IMG/VR virus record: IMGVR_UViG_3300035181_002074
Coordinates: 1-64,000 of that record
Direction: 5' to 3' (one strand)
DNA from: a virus
DNA: 64,000 bases
This document shows, piece by piece, positions 46,768 to 56,666 of the stretch (position 1 is the first letter of the stretch; each line of letters begins with the position of its first letter). The position numbers and the translations under genes are program-made. Below the pieces are notes generated by a model, which was given only the letters and a program-made list of their open reading frames with translations, ran no database searches and had not been told where the DNA came from.

Positions 46768-49700
46768 ATGCATAAGATTATAATGTTTTTGACGAGATCA
46801 GTGATATCCCTGTTAAATCGGGGCTGGATCGGCGTAACTACGGGACTATGGAGTAATTCTGCTAACTGGTCTCCTGCGGTAGTGCCAAATGGCGTGACTG
46901 ATTCAGCAAATATTAATAATACTAGCGGTTCCAATAGTTCAGTGAATTTAGATATGAACGCCACAGTTAATCGTGTGCAATTTAAATCTACTGGCACACA
47001 ATGGAACATCTCTGGCGGAGCTTTTACTTTAACGTTTGCTGGAACGAATCCAAGGATCGAAGTAGGAGCAGTGGGAGGGCAAATCACTAACGATATTTCG
47101 CTTAGTGCTAATCTAACTCTTGATGTGCCGAGTACTTCAACTAATGGTCTTATTTTACGTAAAATCACGGCAGCAAGTAAAACTATCACTCAGTCAAATA
47201 ACGGCGAAGTAACTTATTTAATTAATAACGCTGCTACTATAACAGGAGGCACATATTACCTCGATAACGGTAAGTTATCTTTGGGTGTTGCGAATCCTTT
47301 AGGTAACGCTGGGGGCATGACTATTGTCTGGAGTAATGCAAATCCGACAATCATTAATAATCAAATTACTACACAAACTTTTCTGCATCCAATTACGATT
47401 AATAATACTACTAGTAATGCAATGACCATGAAAACAACCGGTAGCTCGACGACCTTTACATTTTCCGGCGCAATGAGTGGCAACCTTACAGGGCCATTAA
47501 CCTCAGATAATGGTGGTAATTTGGGTGTTATTGCATTAAGTGGCGATCTTAGTGGGGTAACTTGGTCTGGATCTGGAGCGTTATATCATTATGGTACCTC
47601 ATCTACCGGAGTATGCAGTGGATGTGCTGCATCTACATTGAAGATTACTGGTACCGCCGTAACTACGTTATCCGCAACAATGCCAATCATACTAGGGAAT
47701 ACTGTAAATGGATATCGCAATTCAGGATTAACTGGGAATCAATTCTGGTGGGACTCATCGGGTACTTTTCCTAATCCAATTTCTGTACGTGGATCAACTA
47801 CGACAGCCCAAACTGGATATACTAGCCTTAATGTCAATAGTGGCGCTACCGTTAGCGGAAATATTGTTTTAAATACAAATGCTAGCACAAGAGGCGATGT
47901 ATTTAGATTGAATGGAACTAGTACTTATACAGGTATTATATCAAAATCAGCTGGTTCAGATACCGACATGACTATCGCTATATTTGGTAATATTACTTTT
48001 ACTAATGCCAATACGGCAACTAATAATGTAACACTAGAGAATCTTTTAAATGTAACTGGATCAACTCAAAGTACTCTTACTACTATTGCATCTAATGCTA
48101 CTTTAGCTGGTAATGGTTCTGTCAAAGCGGTTACGAATTCTGCTGGATTTATTAAGGCGTATGACAACAATTCACCGGCTACTACTGATATCTTAACTAT
48201 TAATGGTAATTTAACGGAATCTGGCGCATGTGTTCACACTTTTCAAGTAGGTGCTGCAAATGCATCAAGTAAATTGCAAGTTAATGGTAATGTGACGCTG
48301 GCTGGCACAGTGAGTCAAACAACTAGAACTGGCGGAACTTTTGAAATATTAAATTATACTGGAACTCGTACAAATTCTTGGACCACCCCAGTGCCCGGAG
48401 GCTCAATTACCAATGATGATGGCAATAAAAAAGTTATCCTCACTGTGACCGCTACCGGCACCGTTAGCTGGATCGGTTTGACAGCCGGTACATGGCAAAC
48501 TACGACAAATTGGAATCCTGCATGGATACCAAATGATTCGGGTATAATCGTAAACATTAATACCGATCAAGGGGCTGGTGCAAAAACTATTGCTATGGGT
48601 ACAACAGTTCCAGCTACCATTAACCAATTGAACTTTATTAATGCTACGTCTGACTGGACCATTACAGGCACATCTCCAGCTGTTTTAACTTTTGACGGAA
48701 CCAGCCCTGTCTTGAATGCTACTCATTTAGCGGCTATTTCGGCGCCAATAGCGTTAGGAGCTTCTGATCTTGCAATTACCGGTAATGCTAATATTACATT
48801 AGGAGTTTTTAATGCAAACGGTAAAAATATTACCAATACTAACACGGCTGACATAATCCTTTCGGGTACCATGTCCAATGCAACAGGCGTATTATATCAT
48901 CAAGGCAAGGGACTCAGAACAAGTGTTGTGAATGCAACACCGGATATTAATTGGACTAATACTGTTTCTGGTACATATATCAGTGCCGTGGGTACAATAG
49001 CAAAAAATATTATTTTTAATGATACTGGCGCCAATACCTTTGAATTGGGATCATCAACCCAATCTGGTGGGGTATGGACTGGTAGTAATTTTTCAGGTAC
49101 TATTACGCATGATTTAATTGTACGTAACAGTTGTAATATTTTTAACACATGGACTGGATTTACGTTTTCTGGTGGTGCGAGGCTTATTATTGCTGCCCCC
49201 AGCTTAATCGGCGTATTAAATCCACCTAGTGGTGGATTTCCATCTGCAGCAACTATTAGTGTCGGAGATGGAGCAACAACCTCAACGAGCTTCCAGACTT
49301 TTCTTACACCGTTAGCCAGTCCTATTGTTTGCAGACCATCTACGACCACAGCAGGAGTTATAACTATTTATGGCTCTGGAGCGTCGCAAACTTTTTCTAA
49401 TGGAATTACTTTAAATTCCGATTCAAATTGTGTTACAGGATCAATAGTGGATATAGTACCTACTGCTAATATTGCTGCTACTATTAGTGGAGTGATTTCA
49501 AATGCAAGTAATGCTGCAAATGTAACCTTACGCTTGACTAGCTCTGGCGCGGGGTCGATCACCCTAAGTAATACTAATACCTACACTAGTCCGACTAGTA
49601 TTACTGCTACAGCATCTGTCGTAAATGTTACTGGTTCGATTGGTTCAACCTCATTAATTACTTTATCTGGCACAACCGTGACTTTAAAGGGTTCTGGTAC

Positions 49701-50052
49701 AGTCGGCCCAGTAACGACTGCTGGCGCATCACCTAAAATTGAAGCTCGTAGTATTACTGCACCAAGTTCTTCACAAGTTCTGACCATTAACGGCGCATTA
49801 AATGAAACAGTAGCAACAGTACATACTTTCGAAACTGGCGCTGCTAACGCATCTAGTAAGATTGTGTTGTCTCCGAATTTCAATGCTACGTTATCGGGAA
49901 CCGTTACTACTAACCCAGCGACTCCAGCTGTCGGTACTTATACTCTATTGAGCGTATCTGGTACTGGTACTATCACTGGTACTTGGACTACGGCAATCGT
50001 TGGTGGAAGTATTTCAGTAGTTGGCCAGAACGTAATTTTAACTAAGGTTTAA
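46768..50052 (+). CDS. Adhesin-like protein with autotransporter-passenger-type beta-strand repeats and two homologous halves
   Basis: Both halves begin WIG.T.G.W....NW.PA..PN and end LTING.L.E....VHTF..GAANASSK; contains ITLSNTNTYTSPTSI-type repeats. Confidence 0.65.
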   Translation: MHKIIMFLTRSVISLLNRGWIGVTTGLWSNSANWSPAVVPNGVTDSANINNTSGSNSSVNLDMNATVNRVQFKSTGTQWNISGGAFTLTFAGTNPRIEVGAVGGQITNDISLSANLTLDVPSTSTNGLILRKITAASKTITQSNNGEVTYLINNAATITGGTYYLDNGKLSLGVANPLGNAGGMTIVWSNANPTIINNQITTQTFLHPITINNTTSNAMTMKTTGSSTTFTFSGAMSGNLTGPLTSDNGGNLGVIALSGDLSGVTWSGSGALYHYGTSSTGVCSGCAASTLKITGTAVTTLSATMPIILGNTVNGYRNSGLTGNQFWWDSSGTFPNPISVRGSTTTAQTGYTSLNVNSGATVSGNIVLNTNASTRGDVFRLNGTSTYTGIISKSAGSDTDMTIAIFGNITFTNANTATNNVTLENLLNVTGSTQSTLTTIASNATLAGNGSVKAVTNSAGFIKAYDNNSPATTDILTINGNLTESGACVHTFQVGAANASSKLQVNGNVTLAGTVSQTTRTGGTFEILNYTGTRTNSWTTPVPGGSITNDDGNKKVILTVTATGTVSWIGLTAGTWQTTTNWNPAWIPNDSGIIVNINTDQGAGAKTIAMGTTVPATINQLNFINATSDWTITGTSPAVLTFDGTSPVLNATHLAAISAPIALGASDLAITGNANITLGVFNANGKNITNTNTADIILSGTMSNATGVLYHQGKGLRTSVVNATPDINWTNTVSGTYISAVGTIAKNIIFNDTGANTFELGSSTQSGGVWTGSNFSGTITHDLIVRNSCNIFNTWTGFTFSGGARLIIAAPSLIGVLNPPSGGFPSAATISVGDGATTSTSFQTFLTPLASPIVCRPSTTTAGVITIYGSGASQTFSNGITLNSDSNCVTGSIVDIVPTANIAATISGVISNASNAANVTLRLTSSGAGSITLSNTNTYTSPTSITATASVVNVTGSIGSTSLITLSGTTVTLKGSGTVGPVTTAGASPKIEARSITAPSSSQVLTINGALNETVATVHTFETGAANASSKIVLSPNFNATLSGTVTTNPATPAVGTYTLLSVSGTGTITGTWTTAIVGGSISVVGQNVILTKV

Positions 50053-50053
50053 T

Positions 50054-50293
50054 ATGAGCCTAATAGAAAAGATTAAAATAGCGTTCACTACAATCAAAGC
50101 AGTTGGCAATGGTATCGCTGAAGGTAAAGATATTATTGCGCCGAAGTCTCAAGCAGAGAAAAGAATGGATATTTGCAAACAGTGCCCTTTTTTAGGAGAT
50201 TTTGCAGGTGAGCCTCAATGTCAAAGATGTGGATGCTTGATGAATTTCAAAACCAAAGTTGCTGAAGCGACTTGCCCTGAAGGTAAATGGTAG
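50054..50293 (+). CDS. Small Cys-rich protein (DUF6171-like)
   Basis: R..IC..CP...C..CGC...K......CP.GKW. Confidence 0.6.
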   Translation: MSLIEKIKIAFTTIKAVGNGIAEGKDIIAPKSQAEKRMDICKQCPFLGDFAGEPQCQRCGCLMNFKTKVAEATCPEGKW

Positions 50294-50295
50294 GC

Positions 50296-50733
50296 TTAAT
50301 TACCCCAAAATAATTCACTCAAATAAGAGTGCTTAAAATTAAGGTAAACTTCATATGAAAAAGCGTACATGTACATTAAGCTAATCGGCTCGCCAAATGA
50401 ATCAAAGTTATCATTGTGTGGACGATTCAAGACGCAATGGCCTAGTTCGTGGTGAAACAACATTTGTCTTTCTGTCTCATTTAAGAACCCCCAAAATCTA
50501 TTACTAATCACAATCTTAGGCGTCATGTCTTCTGCTCGACGGCATTCACCCATTCTAGTCGTGCCTAAGTCACTTGCTGTTTCGACAATTAAATCATCCA
50601 CCTTGATGGATTTACCAACCGTTGCCGCATCCCGTTCAAAGGTTGTCACGTATTGTTGATATTGCGGTTCAATTATTAATTGGTGTTCATGGCTACAAGC
50701 CGATAATGCTAGAAGTAAAATAAGGTATTTCAT
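50296..50733 (-). CDS. Lipoprotein zinc metallopeptidase (zincin)
   Basis: Lipobox LSAC; HELGHCVLNRPH (HExxHxxxxxxH) and a Met-turn-like SLM. Confidence 0.75.
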   Translation of the reverse strand: MKYLILLLALSACSHEHQLIIEPQYQQYVTTFERDAATVGKSIKVDDLIVETASDLGTTRMGECRRAEDMTPKIVISNRFWGFLNETERQMLFHHELGHCVLNRPHNDNFDSFGEPISLMYMYAFSYEVYLNFKHSYLSELFWGN

Positions 50734-51038
50734 CTGCCGTAAGATCCTTTGCCGAATCGTTTCTCGTATATCTCTTTAAGCCAAGCCGCTTCCGATACCT
50801 TCAATATAGTTTCATATATGCCTGTGCTTGGTTTATTAAACCAAGCTCTTGCGCTAGATAGAGTCGGATGTTTATCTCTCATGTCTTGTTCTATGATATA
50901 TGGGATTCCATCTGTCGCTTGGAAATCTACCTCGCTATACATTGTGGTAATATACTTCCATTCCACTGCCGCATGAGCGACTTCGAAAGTGATAGTTAAA
51001 ACTATGATTGACATCAAAAAAATACAGAAATTTTTCAT
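50730..51038 (-). CDS. Hypothetical exported protein
   Basis: Signal-peptide-like MKNFCIFLMSIIVL...AHA. Confidence 0.5.
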   Translation of the reverse strand: MKNFCIFLMSIIVLTITFEVAHAAVEWKYITTMYSEVDFQATDGIPYIIEQDMRDKHPTLSSARAWFNKPSTGIYETILKVSEAAWLKEIYEKRFGKGSYGR

Positions 51039-51667
51039 AAATCGATTACCGTAACTGGACGACATGGTGAATACTGCTCGTCACATATAGCTAAGTTATA
51101 AAATGTCATACCATGCTTAGTTAATTGAGTTCCACCCTCGTGATGCAGGTGTCCGCCCATTACATGCTTTGGTTGTTTATCAATACAAGCCTTCAATAGT
51201 TCTTTACATCCTTGATTGCCATTACCGTAAATCGTAGTATCTAAAATACCGTAAGGTTGTCCGTGCGTAATTAACACATCTACATTTTCTGGAATATTAT
51301 CAAACTTCACCCCAATATGGCGACCTCTATCGCGCATCCATGCCCAATTTCCATAGCGCGGAACCCAAGGTGACCCGTAAAACTTGAAGCCATCGATAAT
51401 AATTTCTTCATCTAATAGAACTGTAATACCGTGCTCCTTAAATAATTCTCTTATTATATTGGTTTGTTTTTCAGCATAAACATCATGATTGCCAAAAACC
51501 ACGATCTTATGTTTATGCGGGTAGGCACCAAATTGCTTTGCAAAGGTATAGTGATCGGCATAGTTACCGGAATTACTGAAATCCCCCGCATGTATGAGCA
51601 CGTCTCCGTCTGGGATATCAACCTTGGTTAATTGGTTATGCGTATCGGATAAACAAATTAGTTTCAT
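51035..51667 (-). CDS. Calcineurin-like metallophosphoesterase
   Basis: SDTH, HAGD, GNHD, THG and GHLH motifs. Confidence 0.92.
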   Translation of the reverse strand: MKLICLSDTHNQLTKVDIPDGDVLIHAGDFSNSGNYADHYTFAKQFGAYPHKHKIVVFGNHDVYAEKQTNIIRELFKEHGITVLLDEEIIIDGFKFYGSPWVPRYGNWAWMRDRGRHIGVKFDNIPENVDVLITHGQPYGILDTTIYGNGNQGCKELLKACIDKQPKHVMGGHLHHEGGTQLTKHGMTFYNLAICDEQYSPCRPVTVIDL

Positions 51668-51879
51668 TTCTGCTCTTTCTCTGTTTGCTCAGCAATAGAT
51701 GACTGGTAAATACAAGAAGATATTTCAGTGACCACTGGGATACCCAGCAATAATAGAAACCAAGGGGACTTGGCGGCGCATAAATATATGGTTAAGATTA
51801 TTAACCCAAACCCTAAAATGAGGCTGCCCCAAAATATTAACACTTCTTTTAACGCTTCTTTATTCATTTGCTTCTCCAT
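51664..51879 (-). CDS. Small membrane protein
   Basis: Two hydrophobic segments. Confidence 0.5.
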   Translation of the reverse strand: MEKQMNKEALKEVLIFWGSLILGFGLIILTIYLCAAKSPWFLLLLGIPVVTEISSCIYQSSIAEQTEKEQK

Positions 51880-52099
51880 AAATAAACATTCAAAATAATA
51901 CTAATCACGAAAAGAAACAGTATTGCATCTAATGCTAATGGATATGCCATAGCAAAAAAGGCCGGTGCCCATAAAATAAATTCAATTACATCCATATTAC
52001 ATTCTTCCTTCTAAGTATCCATTAATAATTTGATAAATAGGCATAACCAGAACGATCACAATTAGCACCGATACAGCTGCAACTGCTATCCAGATTGCC

Positions 52100-52489
52100 T
52101 TATTCATCTTTTCTCCTGTATTGTGACACCAATTCTTCAAAATTAATGCAATGATCTACGTGTGGATACTTTGTTAAGACTTCTTTATAAGCTTGCTTGT
52201 AACAAAATACTTGCCATTTACCAAAAAGATAACTCATGCCAGTATACCTGAAAAATGGTATGAATACTTTATAGTCAAGTTTATGTAACCATTTTGGGAA
52301 CCTGTTGTAGATGTGTTGTGGGTAAAAAATGGAATGTAAAGATAATGCTGTACCAAGGTAGGCATACCACCGGGTTGAATAATATTTTTCCTTGATCTGC
52401 CCCATGATCATACCACGTCTAGCCCACTTATGGAAAATATCGATACTATCACTGATGGCTTTATAATCGGGTTGATAATCTGGTCTCAT
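52100..52489 (-). CDS. Hypothetical protein
   Basis: 129 aa, coupled; QIKEKY..TRWY motif. Confidence 0.6.
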   Translation of the reverse strand: MRPDYQPDYKAISDSIDIFHKWARRGMIMGQIKEKYYSTRWYAYLGTALSLHSIFYPQHIYNRFPKWLHKLDYKVFIPFFRYTGMSYLFGKWQVFCYKQAYKEVLTKYPHVDHCINFEELVSQYRRKDE

Positions 52490-52788
52490 TTCCGTACCCT
52501 CGCTTCGTAAACACTTGTTACAGTGCGGAATGTAATTACAATATCAATGTGATCGTTTTTCACGCCCAAGATTTGCTGTACAGGTGAAGTTCTGATCGTA
52601 TTAAATCCACGACCGCATAATATGTACGGCTTCACGTTTCCTTCTTTATCTTCAAACTCCATCACTTCAAAGCTACCTTCAATGGTATCACCCAGACTAA
52701 TAAAAGAATCGGCATGCATTTGAATTTTAGTCAATGTGCCATACTTTTCGGATAATATCTTTTTAAGGAGTTCAGTAGCAGCGTTCAT
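52486..52788 (-). CDS. Hypothetical protein
   Basis: 100 aa, coupled; IRTSPV...F.T.TSVY motif seen in phage hypotheticals. Confidence 0.6.
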   Translation of the reverse strand: MNAATELLKKILSEKYGTLTKIQMHADSFISLGDTIEGSFEVMEFEDKEGNVKPYILCGRGFNTIRTSPVQQILGVKNDHIDIVITFRTVTSVYEARVRK

Positions 52789-53039
52789 TTTTTCTTCCTG
52801 ACTGTTTTTACTAGATCGTAAGTCAAACCTTTGCGCGGCGGATTAAATCTTAAAGCAGATTCCCCGTATTCATTATAGGTTTCTGGCTGTTGCTCACAAT
52901 CTTTGGAATCCGGTACGCAAGACCAATCCAAGATGCCTACGTATGGGTATAAACCAGATTTCATCTTGTGTATGATTTTCACAGTACAACCAACGCCGTC
53001 TTTATAAGTTCTACCTATTTTAATCTTGGCTTTGATCAT
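52785..53039 (-). CDS. Hypothetical protein
   Basis: MIKAKIKIGRTYK..G..VKII...YPYVG...YNEYG...DLV. Confidence 0.55.
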   Translation of the reverse strand: MIKAKIKIGRTYKDGVGCTVKIIHKMKSGLYPYVGILDWSCVPDSKDCEQQPETYNEYGESALRFNPPRKGLTYDLVKTVRKKK

Positions 53040-53193
53040 AAATCTGGCCCAGTGTCGATTCCGTGAGCCAAGCACATTGTTTTTACAGCCTGTAGCTGCC
53101 TGTTCAGTTCGGTATAATGCCCGTCAAACCACCATATAGTGTGGATATTAAAAAGTATTAAGCCAAGGATAATTAATAGATACGGTAAATGCT

Positions 53194-53688
53194 TCATTTT
53201 TTGTCCCGTAATTCGGCGATTTGTTGGGACAGTGAATCTATTAGTGATTCAACTCGTCTAATTTTGTAATCCCGTTTAGCTAACTCGAAAAAGTAGCAAT
53301 CAACTGGCTGGTCGTAAGTATTAGAAAACTCGTGTTGTGATCGTAGAATATCAGCCGTATAGGCGGTTCCATCGGGTTGCCAACGGCTAGGGAGATCACC
53401 CCATGCGTCATACCTTTCAAAATTTACAACCTTCCAAGAATGGGTGTCATCGGAACGGGTGCCCGTGGATGTGATCTTTGCTACTGTATGTAAACTTGAA
53501 AAACACTTACCGGCAACATAATTTGATGGCCAACAATACCAAGCACCAAAGATTAAGGTGACAGCAGCAGCTAAAACCGATAAGACTTTTCCACAATCAA
53601 TATCCTTCATGCTGTCTTCTTTATCTGACCCGCGAGACGATGGTAATGGTTCTGGTCTAGTACTTTTAGTCTTTTTTGATTTTGCCAT
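53194..53688 (-). CDS. Hypothetical membrane-anchored protein
   Basis: One TM segment; start uncertain. Confidence 0.5.
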   Translation of the reverse strand: MAKSKKTKSTRPEPLPSSRGSDKEDSMKDIDCGKVLSVLAAAVTLIFGAWYCWPSNYVAGKCFSSLHTVAKITSTGTRSDDTHSWKVVNFERYDAWGDLPSRWQPDGTAYTADILRSQHEFSNTYDQPVDCYFFELAKRDYKIRRVESLIDSLSQQIAELRDKK

Positions 53689-53923
53689 TTTGTTCTTTCC
53701 TTCTATCTTGCTCTCTCTTATTTAATAATACCACAATTAAGTTGGTTTGTCCCCTTTCAACTAATTCTCTGGGACGGGCATGCTTTAATGAGGCGTTTTC
53801 TTTTTCATACCAACTTAAGCACTTTGCTCTAGGCCAGCCAAGCTTTTCCATGGCTAACTTGATAACTTCTTCCATGGTCATATGTCCATCATCATGGGGG
53901 TTCCGACATTTGCGCTTAGTCAT
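53666..53923 (-). CDS. Stand-alone Xre/MbcA/ParS antitoxin C-terminal-like domain
   Basis: VIKLAMEKLG...CLSWYEKENASLKHARPRELV..GQ...IVVLL resembles the W...pN.aL.g..P.ell signature of DUF2384. Confidence 0.5.
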   Translation of the reverse strand: MTKRKCRNPHDDGHMTMEEVIKLAMEKLGWPRAKCLSWYEKENASLKHARPRELVERGQTNLIVVLLNKREQDRRKEQNGKIKKD

Positions 53924-54150
53924 TTAATTCTTTCCATATCCTCGCAGAAGAACCAGTAACTCTTGTCTTCGCCTTTGATGTGAACACGAACACTAGTCTC
54001 GTTAACACCTTCAGCGATAAATTCTACCCCTTGATAAAATCCTTCTCTTGGTGTTATTTTATCACCGTACTTTATATTAGATGGGCATTCTTTATATTTT
54101 TCCGGTTTAGCACATCCAGCCAGCATAACCAAAATTAATAAATATTTCAT
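53920..54150 (-). CDS. Small lipoprotein with SH3-like domain
   Basis: MKYLLILVMLAGC lipobox; GGAG RBS. Confidence 0.6.
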   Translation of the reverse strand: MKYLLILVMLAGCAKPEKYKECPSNIKYGDKITPREGFYQGVEFIAEGVNETSVRVHIKGEDKSYWFFCEDMERIK

Positions 54151-54314
54151 GCAAATTTCTCCGCTAGTATATCGCCTAGACGAAAAATCCAGACGGCAAA
54201 TACGCCTGCCCAATAGCCGCCTGTAAAAGTAGGGTAACTATTTTTAATCGCCATATAGACTACCATTGCACCAATAAATGAACCACCAAAAAATAAGGCT
54301 TTCTTCATATAGTA

Positions 54315-54343
54315 ATCATACCATATTAATTAGAAATTGTCAA
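54315..54343 (-). promoter_or_regulatory. sigma70-type early promoter
   Basis: TTGACA-17 bp-TATGAT with TG extension; ATG 6 nt downstream (54308). Confidence 0.75.
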
Positions 54344-55187
54344 CCGCAACAGAATTCGTCTTCGGTATCTTCTTGACGTACCCGTACCCTGTTTTAGACC
54401 AAGGTGGATTCCCGTTAAAATCGCCCGGACTGGCGGCAAAGCTATCCCATGATACCAATTCGTCTAGTTCTAATGGGTGCAAACGCTTGCGTGTAGCCTT
54501 GAAGTGGGCTCTGGTGTTATTTTCCATGATATCTGATTCTTCTTTGCGTAAATATAAATTATTCCACAGTACAGTCGCTTTTTTGAATCCAAGCTTATCA
54601 ATAAACCACATTTGCATTTGCCAATAAGGAGTATGTTCTGCGTCACCCTTGAATCGTTTCAAATTCGGGAGCCTGATTCGTCGAAAGTTTTCTCGCTTGT
54701 ATCTGTCTAAATTTTCTACGACAGGTGGTGAATTGGCTTTAATTTCGTCATCAGTATATCTGTATGGGGTTCTCTTGGAAATGTATAGTTCATTACGATA
54801 CAGCCCCGTATTGGCTAACCATAATAGCCCGTATTCAGTATTAGACAGGCACAGAATAAATTTTTGATTGAACTGGTAAGTATTAGCATTAAAGATATAA
54901 TAATTGGAAATAATAACTAGCGAGGCATTTAATTCTTTAGATAATGTAGCCAGCTTTCGCGCATTCGCAGTGATATCTAAATGTCCACCCCACACTGACC
55001 CAATATTTGCGGCAAAGATTTGGATATCGTTTAGCGCAATATTCCTTGGATGGTCGTATCTGTAGTATCTATTAATATACGGAGACATGAATCCATCGCC
55101 AAGGATAGAGTCAGCTATTCTCTTGGCTTTGATCGGCAGCATTCCAAATATTCTCCACTTGTACCTTGGCTTCGAAAAATCTTTCAT
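54330..55187 (-). CDS. Hypothetical protein (true start may be downstream, near 55142)
   Basis: Long ORF, no recognised motif. Confidence 0.55.
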   Translation of the reverse strand: MKDFSKPRYKWRIFGMLPIKAKRIADSILGDGFMSPYINRYYRYDHPRNIALNDIQIFAANIGSVWGGHLDITANARKLATLSKELNASLVIISNYYIFNANTYQFNQKFILCLSNTEYGLLWLANTGLYRNELYISKRTPYRYTDDEIKANSPPVVENLDRYKRENFRRIRLPNLKRFKGDAEHTPYWQMQMWFIDKLGFKKATVLWNNLYLRKEESDIMENNTRAHFKATRKRLHPLELDELVSWDSFAASPGDFNGNPPWSKTGYGYVKKIPKTNSVAVDNF

Positions 55188-55617
55188 GGGCGGCTTCTAC
55201 ATCACCCATGTGCCTTAATAATTGCGCAGCATAAGGCTTGTTTAATTGTTCGGCTAATTTGGCCATATCAGTGTAACCAGTTTTGCCTAAAGTTTCAAAC
55301 CATCCAGCAACCTTCATGGTAATCTTGTAACCAGTGAACTTACATAAAAAATAAATAGCGTTCCCTATTAACCACATCTGGAAATCTAGATGTTTATTGG
55401 GTTCGGCGTCATTTCGCTTCAGTAAAGATTCAATTATCATGATATGATCGTATTCATCTTGGCGAATACGTATTAAGGCTAATTGATCGGCATCATTTTT
55501 GGCTGCTTCTTGGTGGCCTTTATATGCCCAAAACGCGGCTATTTCACCTGCATGAGCTTTTTGCAGCTGCTTGATGAATTTATCTTCATTACTCATAGCC
55601 CACTTAGCGTGATTCAT
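55111..55617 (-). CDS. Ferritin-like di-iron protein, Coq7 / demethoxyubiquinone hydroxylase-like
   Basis: HAGEIAA..AY.GH, DEYDH, E and EAAH carboxylate/His ligand pattern. Confidence 0.7.
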   Translation of the reverse strand: MNHAKWAMSNEDKFIKQLQKAHAGEIAAFWAYKGHQEAAKNDADQLALIRIRQDEYDHIMIIESLLKRNDAEPNKHLDFQMWLIGNAIYFLCKFTGYKITMKVAGWFETLGKTGYTDMAKLAEQLNKPYAAQLLRHMGDVEAAHERFFEAKVQVENIWNAADQSQENS

Positions 55618-56084
55618 TTGCCGGAACTCCCGAAACCTTGATCACCGCGAGATGAGTCACTTAGATTGTAAGTCTCGATAATTTCTTCTGCATAGGTGTC
55701 ATAGATTAAACCTTGGGCAATCTTGTCGCCTTGGTTTACATAATAGCCGAAACCTGAGCGATCTGGACTTATCGTACCAATTTTATCTTTGTTGCTAAAA
55801 TTATGTAAAATAACCTTGATTTCTCCACGGTAAGAATTATCTACTATTCCGCCGCCCGTTCTCAAACCCTTAACGGCCATACTTGAACGATCTTCGATTT
55901 TGAAAACTTGTTGCTGTTCGGTATTCCATCTGTTTTGCAATTCGATGGCAATACCAGTAGGCACAATCATGGTTGCGCCGTGCGGGATAAATACCGATTC
56001 GGATGCATATAAATCATAGCCATTGGAGCCGTCATCAGCCCTAGTTGGCAATTTAGCATCTGGATGTAATCTTTTAACTCTCAT
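55614..56084 (-). CDS. dut: Trimeric dUTPase
   Basis: GYDL, RSSMA, GIVDNSYRGEI, GDKIAQ and RGDQGFGSSG motifs. Confidence 0.95.
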   Translation of the reverse strand: MRVKRLHPDAKLPTRADDGSNGYDLYASESVFIPHGATMIVPTGIAIELQNRWNTEQQQVFKIEDRSSMAVKGLRTGGGIVDNSYRGEIKVILHNFSNKDKIGTISPDRSGFGYYVNQGDKIAQGLIYDTYAEEIIETYNLSDSSRGDQGFGSSGK

Positions 56085-56085
56085 T

Positions 56086-56319
56086 TTAAAGCTTCTTAAT
56101 CTTTGTTTTTGGTTTAGCCGTAAGATCCACAGATAGATTACCGTACACTTCGATAGTCAGCTTAGCAAGGCTTCTGGCAGACAGGTCAATCGAAACATGG
56201 CTAACACCTTTCATCAACTTGCCGTCCATGTATAATTCCATATTACTACCGGTAGATAATCCAGTTGCGCCAGCTTTTGGTTGTAATGAAAATTTATGTC
56301 CGATAGTTTTTTTACTCAT
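56086..56319 (-). CDS. Hypothetical protein
   Basis: 77 aa, AGGAG RBS. Confidence 0.6.
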   Translation of the reverse strand: MSKKTIGHKFSLQPKAGATGLSTGSNMELYMDGKLMKGVSHVSIDLSARSLAKLTIEVYGNLSVDLTAKPKTKIKKL

Positions 56320-56647
56320 ATGTTTCTCCTGCCTTTAATGGGGCGTCATGGAAGATTCCGTTTGCATCAGCTTCTTCATATTTTATATTACCTAAGATAA
56401 TATCTTGCTGGATTTTCATCCAAACTTTAAATTCTTTAGTTTCAGTCATTCGCTTGAAAGCAAGCGCTTGGTTCTCGCTTTGTTTTCGACTGTCTTGAGA
56501 CTTACCTTCAGCTCCGCTTGCTCGATGTACAATACGGCAGGCGCTTGATGTCTTCTGTTTTTTTTGCCCTCCGTTACCTGAGCCTACATAAAAATGCACA
56601 TCAAAATCTTTTCTAGTTAATGTAAAACATTTGGTTTGCTTTCTCAT
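56312..56647 (-). CDS. RF-1 domain peptidyl-tRNA hydrolase (ArfB-like, GGQ)
   Basis: GSGNGGQKKQKTSSACRIVH..SG.....QDSRKQSENQALAF. Confidence 0.85.
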   Translation of the reverse strand: MRKQTKCFTLTRKDFDVHFYVGSGNGGQKKQKTSSACRIVHRASGAEGKSQDSRKQSENQALAFKRMTETKEFKVWMKIQQDIILGNIKYEEADANGIFHDAPLKAGETYE

Positions 56648-56666
56648 ACCTTATTATACCATAAGT

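Noticed and set aside
1369-49883. Minus-strand ORFs inside structural genes (e.g. 1369, 4718, 25197, 39676, 46728, 48900)
   Set aside because: Expected antisense frames of Gly/Thr/Ala-rich genes; no independent evidence.
56312-56647. Full class I release factor implying genetic-code switching
   Set aside because: Only the GGQ domain is present (111 aa), with no PxT or SPF codon-recognition region.
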